A stretch of DNA of 63,951 bases, filler included, from Octopus bimaculoides (Eukaryota): assembly GCF_001194135.2 (NCBI RefSeq). It is 6 parts of 4 records of this genome, joined end to end, with 100 filler letters (N's around TTAATTAATTAA, not from the genome) between each part and the next. Parts side by side here need not be neighbours in the genome. Positions count along the whole stretch, not along the records: positions 62,012 to 63,951 come from NC_069010.1; 5 more parts are not named here. One strand, written 5' to 3'. Positions 62,685-63,951 of this stretch are shown here, one piece after another (the first letter of the stretch is position 1; each line of letters begins with the position of its first letter). The notes under the pieces are model-generated. The model was not told where the DNA came from, made no database searches, and saw nothing but the letters and a program-made list of their open reading frames with translations. Made by a program: the position numbers and the translations under genes.

Positions 62685-63314
62685 AAAGAGCGGGAGGAAT
62701 GAAGGAAGAAAAGGAAAGAAGGAACGAACGAGCTAAAAATCAATTAATGGAATGGTAAATTCTATATAAATATAATCACAGTTTGGCTTTTCCAATAGAA
62801 AAGATTTCAGTCTTGGAAATTGGAGTGGAATTAACGACAGAAAAGGAAGGGGGGACGGGAGAGAGGGGGGTCGNNNNNNNNNNNNNNNNNNNNNNNNNNN
62901 NNNNNNNNNNNNNNNNNNNNNNNNNNNNNNNNNNNNNNNNNNNNNNNNNNNNNNNNNNNNNNNNNNNNNNNNNNNNNNNNNNNNNNNNNNNNNNNNNNNN
63001 NNNNNNNNNNNNNNNNNNNNNNNNNNNNNNNNNNNNNNNNNNNNNNNNNNNNNNNNNNNNNNNNNNNNNNNNNNNNNNNNNNNNNNNNNNNNNNNNNNNN
63101 NNNNNNNNNNNNNNNNNNNNNNNNNNNNNNNNNNNNNNNNNNNNNNNNNNNNNNNNNNNNNNNNNNNNNNNNNNNNNNNNNNNNNNNNNNNNNNNNNNNN
63201 NNNNNNNNNNNNNNNNNNNNNNNNNNNNNNNNATATATATATATATATATATACATGTGTATGCGTGCATGCATATGTGCGTGTATGTGAGTGTGTGTGT
63301 GTGAGAGAGAGAGG

Positions 63315-63612
63315 GAGGGTGTGCTGAAAAGTTCCTGGCTTTGGGTAACAGAAAATAGTCAATTATGATATTATTCAACATGTCCCCTTCTCAGATTCAT
63401 TCACTTATTGCAGGGGTCCTTCAGGTTTTCTAAGCCCTGGAAGAGAACTCAGAAGGTTGGGCTTCCAAAGAGGCCCCTGTAGCAGGGATCACTTACAAAT
63501 CGGAGTGAAATTTCGTTGTCTTGGGGTGTTTCTTCAGTTGTGGAAAGGGGTGGTAGTCAGAGGGGACAAGGGCAGGAGAGTGAGGTGGGTGGTCTTCCAG
63601 TTTGAAGTCAAA
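63315..63612 (-). mobile_element. Mariner 3' end remnant with TIR
   Basis: Minus strand FKLEDHPPHSPALVPSDYHPFPQLKKH (a decayed YSPDLAPSD motif). TIR GAGGGTGTGCTGAAAAGTTCCTGGCT at 63315. Confidence 0.8.
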
Positions 63613-63675
63613 GTCATGTGTATATATACACATCCATCCATCCAGCCAGCCATACATACATACGTACAATGAAGA

Positions 63676-63951
63676 CAAAATTAAGTCATGGGGACGTAAA
63701 CACACCAGCATCGGTTCCCAAGCGATGCTGGGGGTTACAAACACAGACGCACAAACATATGCACCACACATACATATACACGATGGGCTTCTTTCAGTTT
63801 NNNNNNNNNNTGGGCTTCTTTCAGTTTCTCTCTACCAAATCCACTCACAAGACTTTGGTCGGCCCAAGGCTGTAATAGAAAACACTTGCTCAAGTGGGAC
63901 GGAACCTGGAACCAAGTGATAGGTAAGCAAGCAACTTACCTCACAGCCACA
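63676..63951 (-). mobile_element. SINE family 1 copy running off the window end
   Basis: GGGGACGTAAACACACCAGCATCGGTT..CTTCTTTCAGTTT..CTACCAAATCCACTCACAAG. Confidence 0.8.

Overview
AT-rich, microsatellite-dense eukaryotic animal DNA. The SINE families, simple repeats and small-exon genes point to an octopod cephalopod (Octopus sp.); this is inferred from repeat content, not proven. The window is a gapped scaffold with five artificial 100-bp joins (44 N + TTAATTAATTAA + 44 N) and many other N-runs. Almost all ORFs in the supplied track are microsatellite, SINE or N-gap artefacts. Real genes were rebuilt by hand from splice sites. (1) A complete 5-exon MRPS23 on the minus strand (19549->11314, 186 aa). 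(2) The last four coding exons of a YJR142W/NUDX20-type Nudix hydrolase on the plus strand (45669->48548), with its 5' exons missing. (3) tRNA-Pro(CGG) and an initiator tRNA-Met. Mobile DNA includes decayed CRE- and R4/Dong-clade retrotransposons, an RTE fragment, a Chapaev-like transposon, mariner remnants, piggyBac-, hAT- and fold-back MITEs, and at least five SINE families. The most striking observation is two palindromic insertions in MRPS23 introns that carry minimal hammerhead-ribozyme motifs of the Penelope type. One has a tRNA-like Pol III head and a 13-bp target-site duplication, so it looks like a ribozyme-bearing SINE mobilised by a Penelope-like element. Repeat boundaries marked approximate were read by eye.
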